Positions 33,327-42,643 of a stretch of DNA of 64,000 nucleotides are shown here, in pieces. The notes under the pieces were generated by a model. It was not told the origin of the DNA. It searched no databases and saw nothing but the letters and a program-made list of their open reading frames with translations. Each line of letters opens with the position of its first letter. The stretch's first letter is position 1. This DNA comes from a virus: positions 32,001-96,000 of the IMG/VR virus record IMGVR_UViG_3300020472_001862, one strand, 5' to 3'. A program made the translations under genes and the position numbers.

Positions 33327-33487
33327 TGTTAGAACTAATAGGTTTTATAACTATACTTTACTTGGCAATAAAATTTTTGCCTGACTTGTTAATGTTTATG
33401 CTTAAATTGGCAGTCATACTTTTGTTAATTGTATTAGCAATAGGTGCATTTGAATTTATTTATCATTATATTTACTTTCGAATCTAA
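33326..33487 (+). CDS. Small hydrophobic membrane protein (53 aa, not in ORF track)
   Basis: Hand translation MLELIGFITILYLAIKFLPDLLMFMLKLAVILLLIVLAIGAFEFIYHYIYFRI*; TAATG overlap with the ligase stop. Confidence 0.65.
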   Translation: MLELIGFITILYLAIKFLPDLLMFMLKLAVILLLIVLAIGAFEFIYHYIYFRI

Positions 33488-33731
33488 GCCTTACAAGAGC
33501 TTTTCTTACAATAGCAATTCCAGTTAATCCTAAAAAGTTAATAAACGCAGCCATCTCAGCAGAGGTGCCTGCGTAGTCTATGCAAGCCTTAATTATTCCC
33601 ACACTTAAAGGGAACATTATTATTGCTCCTATGGCGGTGTCATAAGTTGCTTCGTGTAATGCCTTCCTTAATCTACTATTTTGTGCCAATTGCCATAAAC
33701 CTATCAAAATGTACCTTCCCATTCCAATCAT
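33456..33731 (-). CDS. Small two-TM protein (true start probably internal)
   Basis: ALHEATYDTAIG…two hydrophobic helices…VR…R.RF; last gene of the minus operon. Confidence 0.6.
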   Translation of the reverse strand: MIGMGRYILIGLWQLAQNSRLRKALHEATYDTAIGAIIMFPLSVGIIKACIDYAGTSAEMAAFINFLGLTGIAIVRKALVRLRFESKYNDK

Positions 33732-34344
33732 AATAAAATTGTTTTGTCTTGCCTGTGTAGGAGGTATTCACAAGTCCTGCATTTTCTATTAAAGCTTTCT
33801 CACTATCAACACAATTAATACCATACATCTCTTCTATAACATTAGAATTTTGTATAGCAAATATAGCATGTTTGTTGGCAGTCTTTAAATCTTTTAATGG
33901 ATACATCTGTTCTGCTCCCATTGTAATAACTATATCAACCTTAAGTTGATTTAATTCATCAAAAGCAAATGGAATATCCATGTTCCAGTGATTTATTTTT
34001 ATGAATTCTTCGGTGATATAATGCTTATTAAACACCTTAGAGAGCTCTAAAGCTTCGTTATCGATGTCAACTAGGTGCAATTCACCTACGGACAAGTTCT
34101 CACATAAGAGTGGAACTAAAGGAACTCCTAACCAGCTGTTTAATACAAGAATGTTAAACTGCTCGTCTTTCATATAATCATCTAGACTATTTTTTAGTTC
34201 TTCAACTAACCAAATAGCGCCTTCCATTGTATTAGGATTAAGAGCTTGTCTAAAGTCATCATGCTTATGTTTCATCTCATGTTCAACCTTAGCGAGGCCT
34301 TCTCCCCAATATTGCATACTGTTTAAAAAATTAAAATTTAACAT
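33676..34344 (-). CDS. Class I SAM-methyltransferase-like protein
   Basis: ILVLNSWLG (degenerate motif I), LVDID (motif II), DIVI…EQM, IQNSN, RFMAIG.K. Confidence 0.6.
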   Translation of the reverse strand: MLNFNFLNSMQYWGEGLAKVEHEMKHKHDDFRQALNPNTMEGAIWLVEELKNSLDDYMKDEQFNILVLNSWLGVPLVPLLCENLSVGELHLVDIDNEALELSKVFNKHYITEEFIKINHWNMDIPFAFDELNQLKVDIVITMGAEQMYPLKDLKTANKHAIFAIQNSNVIEEMYGINCVDSEKALIENAGLVNTSYTGKTKQFYYDWNGKVHFDRFMAIGTK

Positions 34345-35011
34345 CTTCTTTTCTTCCCATTGAATCAAATAAACAGACATATGGTATTTGTCTGAATACA
34401 TGTTTTTCTATATCATGTGGATAAATATAGCCTTGGTTATAACTATAAAACCACCCTAACGGAAAATATTTAATTCTTGCTACACCTTTGTGCATAAAGA
34501 AATTATCTATTCCACGGTAGTACCATAATATTTTATCTAAATGTGTTTTAAAATAAAGAGTAATATTTTCTTTATCTAAATTATCGTTCCATCTTAATAT
34601 ACTAGAGTTTAAGTCTGTATATTTATGAGGAACATGTTCTGTTTCTTTCTTTTGTGTTTCCATATCATGCCAATGCGTTTGGCCAAAACATAAACAATCT
34701 TCAGGATCAAAGTTTACTATATCATCTATGTTCTTTTGTATAATAATATCTAAGTCCAAGAATAAGTTTTCGCCTTTTTGTCTAACTACATTATCATCAA
34801 ACAAATACATTTTATTCCACCACTTCTCTAATTTGTTTTCTTTAGGAAATGGTAGAACATTAATGTCTTCATTAAGTCCTTTTGCATTTTCTGTTAGACA
34901 GTAAAATGTAAAGCTTTGAGATACAGATTCCAGACAGGATTCGTATATCTTGTTAACATGTTTGGCAGAATATTTACTGCCCCACTTTACTGTATAAATG
35001 TTTAGCGCCAA
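34331..35011 (-). CDS. Glycosyltransferase-like protein (KWG-x-KY family)
   Basis: VKWGSKY, WWNKMYLF, FLDLD, NSSILRW, YSY. Confidence 0.75.
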   Translation of the reverse strand: MALNIYTVKWGSKYSAKHVNKIYESCLESVSQSFTFYCLTENAKGLNEDINVLPFPKENKLEKWWNKMYLFDDNVVRQKGENLFLDLDIIIQKNIDDIVNFDPEDCLCFGQTHWHDMETQKKETEHVPHKYTDLNSSILRWNDNLDKENITLYFKTHLDKILWYYRGIDNFFMHKGVARIKYFPLGWFYSYNQGYIYPHDIEKHVFRQIPYVCLFDSMGRKEDVKF

Positions 35012-35817
35012 TGGTTTAATAACTCCGGATCTACCAATTCATTTTGCTTTGTATGTCCTCTACCTGAAGTCATTTGTTTAGGTAGTAGATCAATATTAAA
35101 TACACAAAGGATTGGTGTTTCTCTGTATATTTCTGTTTCTAAATCATCATCTTCCCAACTACGCCCTCGGTTATACGAGTAGGCATAATCTGATGGGAAA
35201 TGATCCCATAATTTTTTACCCCAATCACCCCATCTCCATGAGTGATAATTGTCTGTTCCGTCTGTATATGTAAACCATATCTTTTCTTGGTTCTCTAATA
35301 CATCATGCCATATACATTCTGCTTGATCGTCGGACCAAACTTGGCAACTGCCATTAGTATATGCTCCGTGTGATAATTTAAATCTCCGCGTCTTCATTGG
35401 GCGCGGGTCTTGCCACCAGCTTCTTAACTTAGTTGGTCTTTCCATATTATAGGTAATTAAAGGCTCTATATCATTTTGTATAATAACATCTAAGTCAAAG
35501 AATATAAAACGACCTGTAGGTTTATCTTCAGCAAAGTTATGAGTATTGAATACCATTGTCTTAGGCCTATCCCAACACCTAGCCATACCATACTTAAAGT
35601 CGTCTTTTTGAAACCAATACTTAGGATGTATGTTAGGTATATCTGGAAAAGGAATAACTTTTACATCATCATCTAATCCTTCGGCATCATCTGTATAACA
35701 ATAGAAATGGAAATCGTGTTTAGGATTACAATTTCTCTTGGCCATATTTTTCAATTTGTTCACAAAGTGAGGACCATATCTGGTGCCCCACTTAGAACAT
35801 ACTACATTTACTCTCAT
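35002..35817 (-). CDS. Glycosyltransferase-like protein (KWG-x-KY family)
   Basis: CSKWGTRY, CYTDD, FFDLDVIIQ, NGSCQVW, GTDNY, YSYNRG. Confidence 0.75.
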   Translation of the reverse strand: MRVNVVCSKWGTRYGPHFVNKLKNMAKRNCNPKHDFHFYCYTDDAEGLDDDVKVIPFPDIPNIHPKYWFQKDDFKYGMARCWDRPKTMVFNTHNFAEDKPTGRFIFFDLDVIIQNDIEPLITYNMERPTKLRSWWQDPRPMKTRRFKLSHGAYTNGSCQVWSDDQAECIWHDVLENQEKIWFTYTDGTDNYHSWRWGDWGKKLWDHFPSDYAYSYNRGRSWEDDDLETEIYRETPILCVFNIDLLPKQMTSGRGHTKQNELVDPELLNHWR

Positions 35818-36485
35818 ATCTCTTTGCCTTTATAATCTCCTGCTAGTGGAAAAATTTTAGTTATTACATCTGCAACTGCATGTGCAATATCCATGTGTTC
35901 TAACTGCGTACCATTAGCACCTCGAAGTTCAATGTAATGTATCCAGCTTCTTAGTGTTCCGTTAACATACATTCTACTCTTAGTATTGCCTTCAGGTAAT
36001 ACAACTCTTGCTTGTTCTTTTGCTATCCCATGTTCTAAAGCCCATGTATAAGCATATCTAGTTTGCCTAATAATATCCTTTTGTAATTCCTGCCACTTAC
36101 TATCTAATTCATAGTCTTCAGTAGGAATACTATTTTGTCTATTTTTAGGGTCTTGCATTCTTGCTTCTCTTACTTCAAACTCTAAGTCCTTTGTAGGATC
36201 TGCATACCGCTGACTAAATTCTTGAAAGCTAAAACTCCTATGCCTTAAAATTTGTCTTGCAATGTCTCTTGTGGTGTCTATTTCTAAACATACACTAACC
36301 ATTTCTAATGGCGACCAATGCTTGTGTTTCATTAGATACTTAATAAGTTTCTCACTTGTATCTTTATTTAACTGCCCATCTGGATTACTTACTCTAGCAC
36401 AAAAGGCTACAAGTTCTGTAGCACTTGTGCTGTCTATAAGATAATTGCCATCTGCTTTACTGTAACTGATTAAGTTAACTTCCAT
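35814..36485 (-). CDS. thyX: Flavin-dependent thymidylate synthase
   Basis: ARVS, H.SPLE, signature RHRSFSFQEFSQRY, E.AR..LP. Confidence 0.96.
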   Translation of the reverse strand: MEVNLISYSKADGNYLIDSTSATELVAFCARVSNPDGQLNKDTSEKLIKYLMKHKHWSPLEMVSVCLEIDTTRDIARQILRHRSFSFQEFSQRYADPTKDLEFEVREARMQDPKNRQNSIPTEDYELDSKWQELQKDIIRQTRYAYTWALEHGIAKEQARVVLPEGNTKSRMYVNGTLRSWIHYIELRGANGTQLEHMDIAHAVADVITKIFPLAGDYKGKEI

Positions 36486-36723
36486 ATATTCCCTCGTTTC
36501 CGAATGTCCCTGCTCTGGTTCGAGCAATTATAAAGTCCGTTCCATATTGTTTACCTATATTAGCTAGTGCCGAGGTAATTTCAATACATTTATCTTCGAA
36601 TGTTTCTATACGAACACGCACAATTAATGTTGCAAATTCAGTTTCCGCTATTAAAGGAACATAAATATCTGCATCGTCAAATGCACCTTCGATTACAACA
36701 CCGTCTTTTCTTACTTTTAACAT
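36475..36723 (-). CDS. Hypothetical protein
   Basis: 82-aa ORF overlapping both neighbours in the operon. Confidence 0.6.
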   Translation of the reverse strand: MLKVRKDGVVIEGAFDDADIYVPLIAETEFATLIVRVRIETFEDKCIEITSALANIGKQYGTDFIIARTRAGTFGNEGIYGS

Positions 36724-38207
36724 AAACCACCTTGTTCATTATGTATTATTGCTGGATTCAACTTTAATAAATTATTAAAGTAACCTTTAAAGAAGTCATT
36801 TGTAAAAATTTCTTCTAGAGTGTGTTCATTTATATTATTCTTATCCCAACTATACAATAACTCTGTCTTGTGTTCAGGAGAATTATATGCAGTAGTTAAG
36901 TTAAGAGCCACATGTTTACAGGGAAACACATTACCTTTAGAGTTTAGATAAAATGAATTATTAACTTTACCTTCACACTTAACATGTGGTGAAAACTTTA
37001 TTGTTCTCTCTTTATATATGTCATCTTTTTTTCTTGTCTGTAGAGTCTCTAGTTCTATAAGTTTATAGTCTGGCATGTCTGGTTTTTCTTTTTTATCTAT
37101 TACTATTTCTTCTTTAGATATTTGATTATCATATATAAAGCCATAAAAATTATATTGTTGTGAAATCTTTTTAGCTTTCTGAATATCAGAATCTAACTGA
37201 TTCGTATGTACATAATTCCAAAACACTCTACACCCAGAGTCTATTAATGCCTTTGCATTTTGTAATATTCGTTTATCTGGATTGCCAGTATTAATATTAA
37301 ATGTAATATTGCCTGCTTCTAAAAACATTAAGCCTAAGTTACTCCACCAAATAGGTTCATTAGATTTGCCATCTGTAGTTATATCACACCCACCAATACC
37401 CCATCTAGACATAAAGAAATGAGCTATATCAAATAGTTCAGGATTTAGTGTAGGGTCTTTATCTGTACCTTTAAAATGTATTCTTTTTAACTTAGATTTT
37501 TCTATAAAGTCTTTTGTAAATGTATCCTCTATCTGTTCTAAAGTTAGATAGTCATCTCCTGATATAGGATTTATTTCTACTCTTTCAGGTAAGTAAGGAT
37601 AAAGATCTGTTTCTTTGTTATACATTCTATCTAATTGTTCTTCAGTAAAATCCTCATACCAAAAAGGCAATGCAACTATATTACCATCTGTTTTTTCTGG
37701 ATAGGATGCTGTACTATCTTGTAGGAAAGGTATTGTACCTTCTTCTATCAAAAACTTCTCGCTAAATATATCATAGTTATATAATAAATCATCTTCGCTT
37801 TTGTCCCATTCTTTAAGTATGGCCTCCACTTTATCATTACGGTATACAAAATATCCTAGGTTACCATCCTCAAGCAAAATCTTCTTGTTTGATTTATAAA
37901 TGTCTATGTCCTGTATGTTGTTAATAATACAATTAGGAGTTATAAACAATGTATGTCCGCCAGGTTTGGTATGTTGCATTATATCTATTTCCAACCAATC
38001 CTTCCCATACTTAGGCACATGAAAGGTTATACCATCTATATAGCCTTCTTTTTTTCGTGTAGTTTCTAAAATTTTATATTCATCATCATTAGTAAAGACA
38101 TAGAAATCAAAAGGATCTACGCACAGTTTCTTAACCTGCGTATATAATGCGTTTATTTGTACTTGACTGTAATTATTGTCTAGCTGATTTGCTATAATCG
38201 TTACCAT
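36717..38207 (-). CDS. Degenerate glycosyltransferase-like + radical-SAM/SPASM-like fusion
   Basis: N-terminus aligns by eye with the neighbouring GTs but lacks DxD. C-half has F.G…DPTLNPEL, ITTDG…WW..L and C…YLNSKGNVFPC but no CxxxCxxC. Confidence 0.55.
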   Translation of the reverse strand: MVTIIANQLDNNYSQVQINALYTQVKKLCVDPFDFYVFTNDDEYKILETTRKKEGYIDGITFHVPKYGKDWLEIDIMQHTKPGGHTLFITPNCIINNIQDIDIYKSNKKILLEDGNLGYFVYRNDKVEAILKEWDKSEDDLLYNYDIFSEKFLIEEGTIPFLQDSTASYPEKTDGNIVALPFWYEDFTEEQLDRMYNKETDLYPYLPERVEINPISGDDYLTLEQIEDTFTKDFIEKSKLKRIHFKGTDKDPTLNPELFDIAHFFMSRWGIGGCDITTDGKSNEPIWWSNLGLMFLEAGNITFNINTGNPDKRILQNAKALIDSGCRVFWNYVHTNQLDSDIQKAKKISQQYNFYGFIYDNQISKEEIVIDKKEKPDMPDYKLIELETLQTRKKDDIYKERTIKFSPHVKCEGKVNNSFYLNSKGNVFPCKHVALNLTTAYNSPEHKTELLYSWDKNNINEHTLEEIFTNDFFKGYFNNLLKLNPAIIHNEQGGLC

Positions 38208-38949
38208 GCCATAATCTCAATAATGTCTCATCTTCTAATTCATCTATTTTTATTTGCTTATTATTAGACTTCAATACATCTACATTAAATAAACAAAATT
38301 TACATTCTTCTCTATATTTATGTGTCTCCAAATCCTCTGGAAATTGCATTCCTCTATTGTAAGAGTAAATCCATTCAAAAGGCATATTGTGCCAGAACTC
38401 TCTTTGACGCCAGTAATGATAGTTATCTGTTCCTTTCCAGAATGTTTTAAATATCATTTGATCTTCTTGTAATGCCTCCCAAAAGATATGTTCACATTGA
38501 TCTCTATTCCAACACATTACACTAGAGTTAAAAAATGTTCCTCGAATATCAATAAACTTCCTATCATGTTTGTGTTTAGGATTTTGCCACCTAGAATGTA
38601 TAATCCTAGGCTTCAAGGCCAGTTCATATATATCTGATATATCACTTTGTATAATAACATCTAAGTCTAAGTAACACCATTTATCGTCGAACCCTAAGAA
38701 GTTATGAGAATTAAATACTAAAAACTTAGCCCTATCCCAACAATAGTTTTCTTTACCAAACCAATACTTAGGATGTAATGGTTCTATATCAGGTATATCT
38801 CTAGCATCACATTTTAATCCTGTATCATCATCTGTATAACAGGTAAATGTAAAGTCATTGTGATAGTGTTCCTGTACCATACGATACAGATTGTTTACAT
38901 ACTCAGGAGAGTATTTAGTCCCCCACTTGATGCATACAAAGTTCATCAT
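38173..38949 (-). CDS. Glycosyltransferase-like protein (KWG-x-KY family)
   Basis: CIKWGTKY, CYTDD, YLDLDVIIQ, NSSVMCW, GTDNY, YSYNRG. Confidence 0.78.
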   Translation of the reverse strand: MMNFVCIKWGTKYSPEYVNNLYRMVQEHYHNDFTFTCYTDDDTGLKCDARDIPDIEPLHPKYWFGKENYCWDRAKFLVFNSHNFLGFDDKWCYLDLDVIIQSDISDIYELALKPRIIHSRWQNPKHKHDRKFIDIRGTFFNSSVMCWNRDQCEHIFWEALQEDQMIFKTFWKGTDNYHYWRQREFWHNMPFEWIYSYNRGMQFPEDLETHKYREECKFCLFNVDVLKSNNKQIKIDELEDETLLRLWHGNDYSKSARQ

Positions 38950-39577
38950 ATTCTTTCTCAATCTCCGGGTGTCTGTCTAAGCCGTTTAATAAACATATAG
39001 GATACTCTGGTCTATACTTTCTTCCTGAATAAAGATAAGAGTATACCTCATTATGTGGCAAGTGTTCAAATGTAAATCCTTCATGGTAAAGATAAGTATC
39101 ATCACCATATGGATATTGTACATCATATGTTTCAGGATATTTATTATAGTGATTCCATATATGCGTGGCATCTTTCCATAACATTACACTAGAATTATAA
39201 TTACTTAATGGAAATCCTGGCTGATGAGGGAAATCATGTATATTTAATTGTTTATCTCCCTTATCTTTCCACCAAGTATATACTATAACAGGATTATCAA
39301 CACAATAATCAAACAAATGATCTATGTTCTTTTGTATTCTTATGTCTAAATCTAAATATAATATAGTACCCATATCCTTTAACTGGAATAGTTTTATTTT
39401 TTCCATATTGTCGTTGGGTTCATGTTCCATATAAATAATCCCGATATCAGGATGTAACCCTTTAGGGTCATCCGTAACGCAAACATAATCATATTTGCCT
39501 TCGGTATGTTCGTATATAGAATTAACAGCATCAGAGCTGTATTTCTCACCATATTTTAATGTTAAAATAGTTTTCAT
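38915..39577 (-). CDS. Glycosyltransferase-like protein (KWG-x-KY family)
   Basis: LKYGEKY, CVTDD, YLDLD, NSSVMLW, GDD.YL, YSY. Confidence 0.75.
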   Translation of the reverse strand: MKTILTLKYGEKYSSDAVNSIYEHTEGKYDYVCVTDDPKGLHPDIGIIYMEHEPNDNMEKIKLFQLKDMGTILYLDLDIRIQKNIDHLFDYCVDNPVIVYTWWKDKGDKQLNIHDFPHQPGFPLSNYNSSVMLWKDATHIWNHYNKYPETYDVQYPYGDDTYLYHEGFTFEHLPHNEVYSYLYSGRKYRPEYPICLLNGLDRHPEIEKEYDELCMHQVGD

Positions 39578-39589
39578 TGTAATCACTTT

Positions 39590-39601
39590 TATTTATAAAT
39601 A
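39590..39601. promoter_or_regulatory. Palindromic bidirectional late promoter TATTTATAAATA
   Basis: Contains TATAAATA on both strands between the divergent GT operon and the fibre genes. Confidence 0.85.
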
Positions 39602-39634
39602 AGACTATACACGATATTTTAGAGATAGAGATTA

Positions 39635-39964
39635 ATGGCAACCGTTTCAAATGTAGTAATAGATCAAGGTACGACGTTCAGTTTGGAGTTAAATCTCACA
39701 AACGACGACACTACTGCTAAAGATTTAACGAATTATACAGTAACTTCACAGATGAGAAAATCTTATGAAGCTACAACTGCTACAAGTTTTACTACTGCCA
39801 AGGTTAATGCTACAGGTAAAATAACAATATCTTTAACAGCAGCAGAAACAGCAGCTGTTAAAGCAGGAAGATATGTTTACGATATTGAGATAGCCTCAAG
39901 TTCGGAGACATTAAGAGTTTTAGAAGGAATAGTAACAGTAACACCAAATGTTACAAGAGCATAA
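39635..39964 (+). CDS. Small virion/fibre attachment protein
   Basis: IDQGTTF, DLTNY…QMRKSY, GRYVYDIE, RVLEG.V.V.P.VT. Confidence 0.75.
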   Translation: MATVSNVVIDQGTTFSLELNLTNDDTTAKDLTNYTVTSQMRKSYEATTATSFTTAKVNATGKITISLTAAETAAVKAGRYVYDIEIASSSETLRVLEGIVTVTPNVTRA

Positions 39965-39974
39965 GGAGATTTAG

Positions 39975-40232
39975 ATGGCAGTTAATGTTAACGCTACACA
40001 AAATCCAGTATCGGTATCCGTATCGACTGGTAGTACTAGAGTCGTAACAACTACCACAACTCAAAGCCAGGTTGCAACTTCAACTAACATTGACAATTTG
40101 TCTGGTATTGATACCAGTGCAAAACAAAATGGGTATACTCTAGTTTATGATGGGAGTAGCGGTAATTTCATAGCAGCACCAGCATCGTCTGTTGCAGCTT
40201 CTATTACAGCTATTGACGGTGGCACTTTTTAA
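39975..40232 (+). CDS. Small fibre-associated protein ending in DGGTF
   Basis: NG.TLVYD…F motif and C-terminal IDGGTF. Confidence 0.7.
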   Translation: MAVNVNATQNPVSVSVSTGSTRVVTTTTTQSQVATSTNIDNLSGIDTSAKQNGYTLVYDGSSGNFIAAPASSVAASITAIDGGTF

Positions 40233-40289
40233 GATGGTATAAAGCTTTATATTATAATATTTAAAAGACATTTAACTAGGAGAAAATAA

Positions 40290-41684
40290 ATGGCAACAAC
40301 AATTCAAATTAAAAGAAGTACAGGCGCAGCAGCTCCCGCTACTTCGGATTTAGTTGAAGGCGAATTGGCGTATGCTGAGGATAGATCCAACTCAGGAGCA
40401 TCTGCTAAGTTATACATTTCATCTATTGATTCAGGTGGTAACGAGGTTATTCAAGAATTAGGTGGTAAGTACTACACCGATCTTATTGACAACGCTACAA
40501 ATTCAGCTACGGCTAGCACCCTTGTAAAGAGAGATGGAAGTGGACACTTTAACGGCGCAACTATTACAGGTTCAACACTTACTGATGGCACGGCAAGTAT
40601 AAATTCAGGTGCTATTACAGGAGCAACAAGTATAACAGCTTCTGGTACAGTACAGTTTGGATCTATATCAGATGGTACTATTACAGCAACTGCATTTGTA
40701 GACGAAGACAATATGGCTTCCGACAGTGCAACGCTTATTCCAACTCAACAATCTGTGAAAGCCTATGTAGACGCACAAGTAACAGCAAGTGATTTAGATG
40801 CAGCTGGTGATTCTGGAACAATAGATATAGATCTAGATTCAGAAACATTTACAGTAGCAGGTGGTACAGGTATTACAACTGCAGCATCCGGCACAACAAT
40901 TACAGCGACACTAGATAATACAGCAGTTACAGCAGGATCATATGGTTCTACTACAGCTGTTCCAATATTAACTATTGACGCACAAGGTCGTATTACAGCA
41001 GCTTCAACAGGTTCGATTGCTACTTCGTTTAATATTGCAGCAGACTCAGGTTCAGACGATACTGTGGCTGGTGGCGAAACATTAACTTTCGAAGGAACAG
41101 CGAACGAAATAGAAACAACAGTTTCCAATAACAAAATAGCAATAGGCTTACCTACAAATGTAACAATTTCAGGTAACCTTACAGTTAGCGGTACAACTAC
41201 AACTGTAGATTCCACAACATTATCCGTAGCAGATCCATTGATCTCACTAGCAACAGGCAATAACTCGTCTGACGCAGTGGACATTGGTATATATGGTTTG
41301 TATGACACTTCAGGTTCAACTGATTTATATGGCGGTTTATTCAGAGACGCTAATGACTCAGGTAAATGGAAGTTATTTAAAGACAACCAAGCAGCACCTA
41401 CTACAACTGTAAACACAGGCGGAACAGGTTACGCAGTAGCTACATTAGTAGCAAACATTGAATCATCTAGCGCTACAATTACAGGCGGTACTATTACAGG
41501 CATCACAGACTTAGTAGTAGCAGATGGTGGTACGGGCGCAGGTACATTTACTTCTAAAGGTATCCTTTATGGTAATGGTACAGGAGCTTTACAAGTAACA
41601 GCAGCAGGTACTGAAGGACAAATTCTTCAAGCTGGCTCAGGCGGTACTCCAGAATTCGGTGGAATAGACGGCGGAACTTATTAA
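40290..41684 (+). CDS. Tail/whisker fibre protein
   Basis: IQIKRS…L.EGELAY N-terminus, PTQQSVKAYVD, GNLTV.GTTTTV, C-terminal DGGTY. Confidence 0.82.
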   Translation: MATTIQIKRSTGAAAPATSDLVEGELAYAEDRSNSGASAKLYISSIDSGGNEVIQELGGKYYTDLIDNATNSATASTLVKRDGSGHFNGATITGSTLTDGTASINSGAITGATSITASGTVQFGSISDGTITATAFVDEDNMASDSATLIPTQQSVKAYVDAQVTASDLDAAGDSGTIDIDLDSETFTVAGGTGITTAASGTTITATLDNTAVTAGSYGSTTAVPILTIDAQGRITAASTGSIATSFNIAADSGSDDTVAGGETLTFEGTANEIETTVSNNKIAIGLPTNVTISGNLTVSGTTTTVDSTTLSVADPLISLATGNNSSDAVDIGIYGLYDTSGSTDLYGGLFRDANDSGKWKLFKDNQAAPTTTVNTGGTGYAVATLVANIESSSATITGGTITGITDLVVADGGTGAGTFTSKGILYGNGTGALQVTAAGTEGQILQAGSGGTPEFGGIDGGTY

Positions 41685-41703
41685 TATTAGATAGGATTTT
41701 GAA

Positions 41704-42036
41704 ATGGACGAACAATTAATTAATGAATATATTAACAACTTGGCTAATCAAGTAAATAACTTGACCCAAGAGAACATACTACTTAAAACTAGACTTAGTC
41801 TTTTAGAGAAAAGGGAACAAGAGAGGTTGACAGCAGAAGAGAAGAAGGAAGTTCCAACACAACCGGCACCAAAGAGTGAATACTCTACACCGCCGGAGGA
41901 ACAACCTAAGCCACAGGTGGAACAAATAGTTCCTAAAGAACCTGATTTTGTTAAAGGGCCTAAACCAAAAGGATATAATCCTAAGGTGGATGGACCAAGA
42001 CCTCTTATCCCTAATCCTAAAATAGCAGAGGAATAA
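41704..42036 (+). CDS. Hypothetical coiled-coil/Pro-rich protein
   Basis: 110-aa ORF with N-terminal heptads. Confidence 0.7.
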   Translation: MDEQLINEYINNLANQVNNLTQENILLKTRLSLLEKREQERLTAEEKKEVPTQPAPKSEYSTPPEEQPKPQVEQIVPKEPDFVKGPKPKGYNPKVDGPRPLIPNPKIAEE

Positions 42037-42040
42037 TCAA

Positions 42041-42361
42041 ATGGCAACAGTAATAAAAATAAAGAGATCGGAAACAGCAAGTGATGCACCTACTACCAGT
42101 GATTTAGTTGCAGGTGAGGTAGCATTAAATACAGCAGATCAAGTTCTGTATGTAAGAGATTCTGGAGGTTCGATTGTTAAAGTTTCTAACTTTTCAGAAG
42201 TAGACCAATCTTTAGTTTTTCCTACTGGCGACTATGGAAGTGTGGCATCAGCGCTAGCAACAGACGCATTTGGCCAAACTATAGACAAAGTATTTGATTG
42301 TAATTCAAGTGTTAAGTATAGAGTAAGTGAAGTAGATCTCGGGTCGGATTCAGCAGTATAA
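42041..42361 (+). CDS. Short fibre-module protein
   Basis: IKIKRS…P…L..GEVALNT.D N-terminus paralogous to 40290; DYG and DLG motifs. Confidence 0.72.
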   Translation: MATVIKIKRSETASDAPTTSDLVAGEVALNTADQVLYVRDSGGSIVKVSNFSEVDQSLVFPTGDYGSVASALATDAFGQTIDKVFDCNSSVKYRVSEVDLGSDSAV

Positions 42362-42375
42362 CAAGGAGACTATAG

Positions 42376-42630
42376 ATGACAGTTACAGTACAGTTTAGGA
42401 GAGGGACAACAGCACAGAACAATGCGTTCACTGGCTCGATTGGCGAACTTTCTGTAAACACTACAACAAATACTATTAGGGTCCATGATGGGAGTACAGC
42501 AGGCGGGCATGAGCTTATGAAGGCTGATGCCACAAATATTGATGGGAATGTACCCATAGGTAACATTTCAGGAACAATATCAGCTAGCGCATTGGATGAT
42601 GGGTCTAGCATAGACGGCGGAACATATTAA
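42376..42630 (+). CDS. Short fibre-module protein
   Basis: VQFRRGTT…FTG..GEL…VHDG.TAGG; ends DGGTY. Confidence 0.78.
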   Translation: MTVTVQFRRGTTAQNNAFTGSIGELSVNTTTNTIRVHDGSTAGGHELMKADATNIDGNVPIGNISGTISASALDDGSSIDGGTY

Positions 42631-42643
42631 TTAGGAGACAAAA

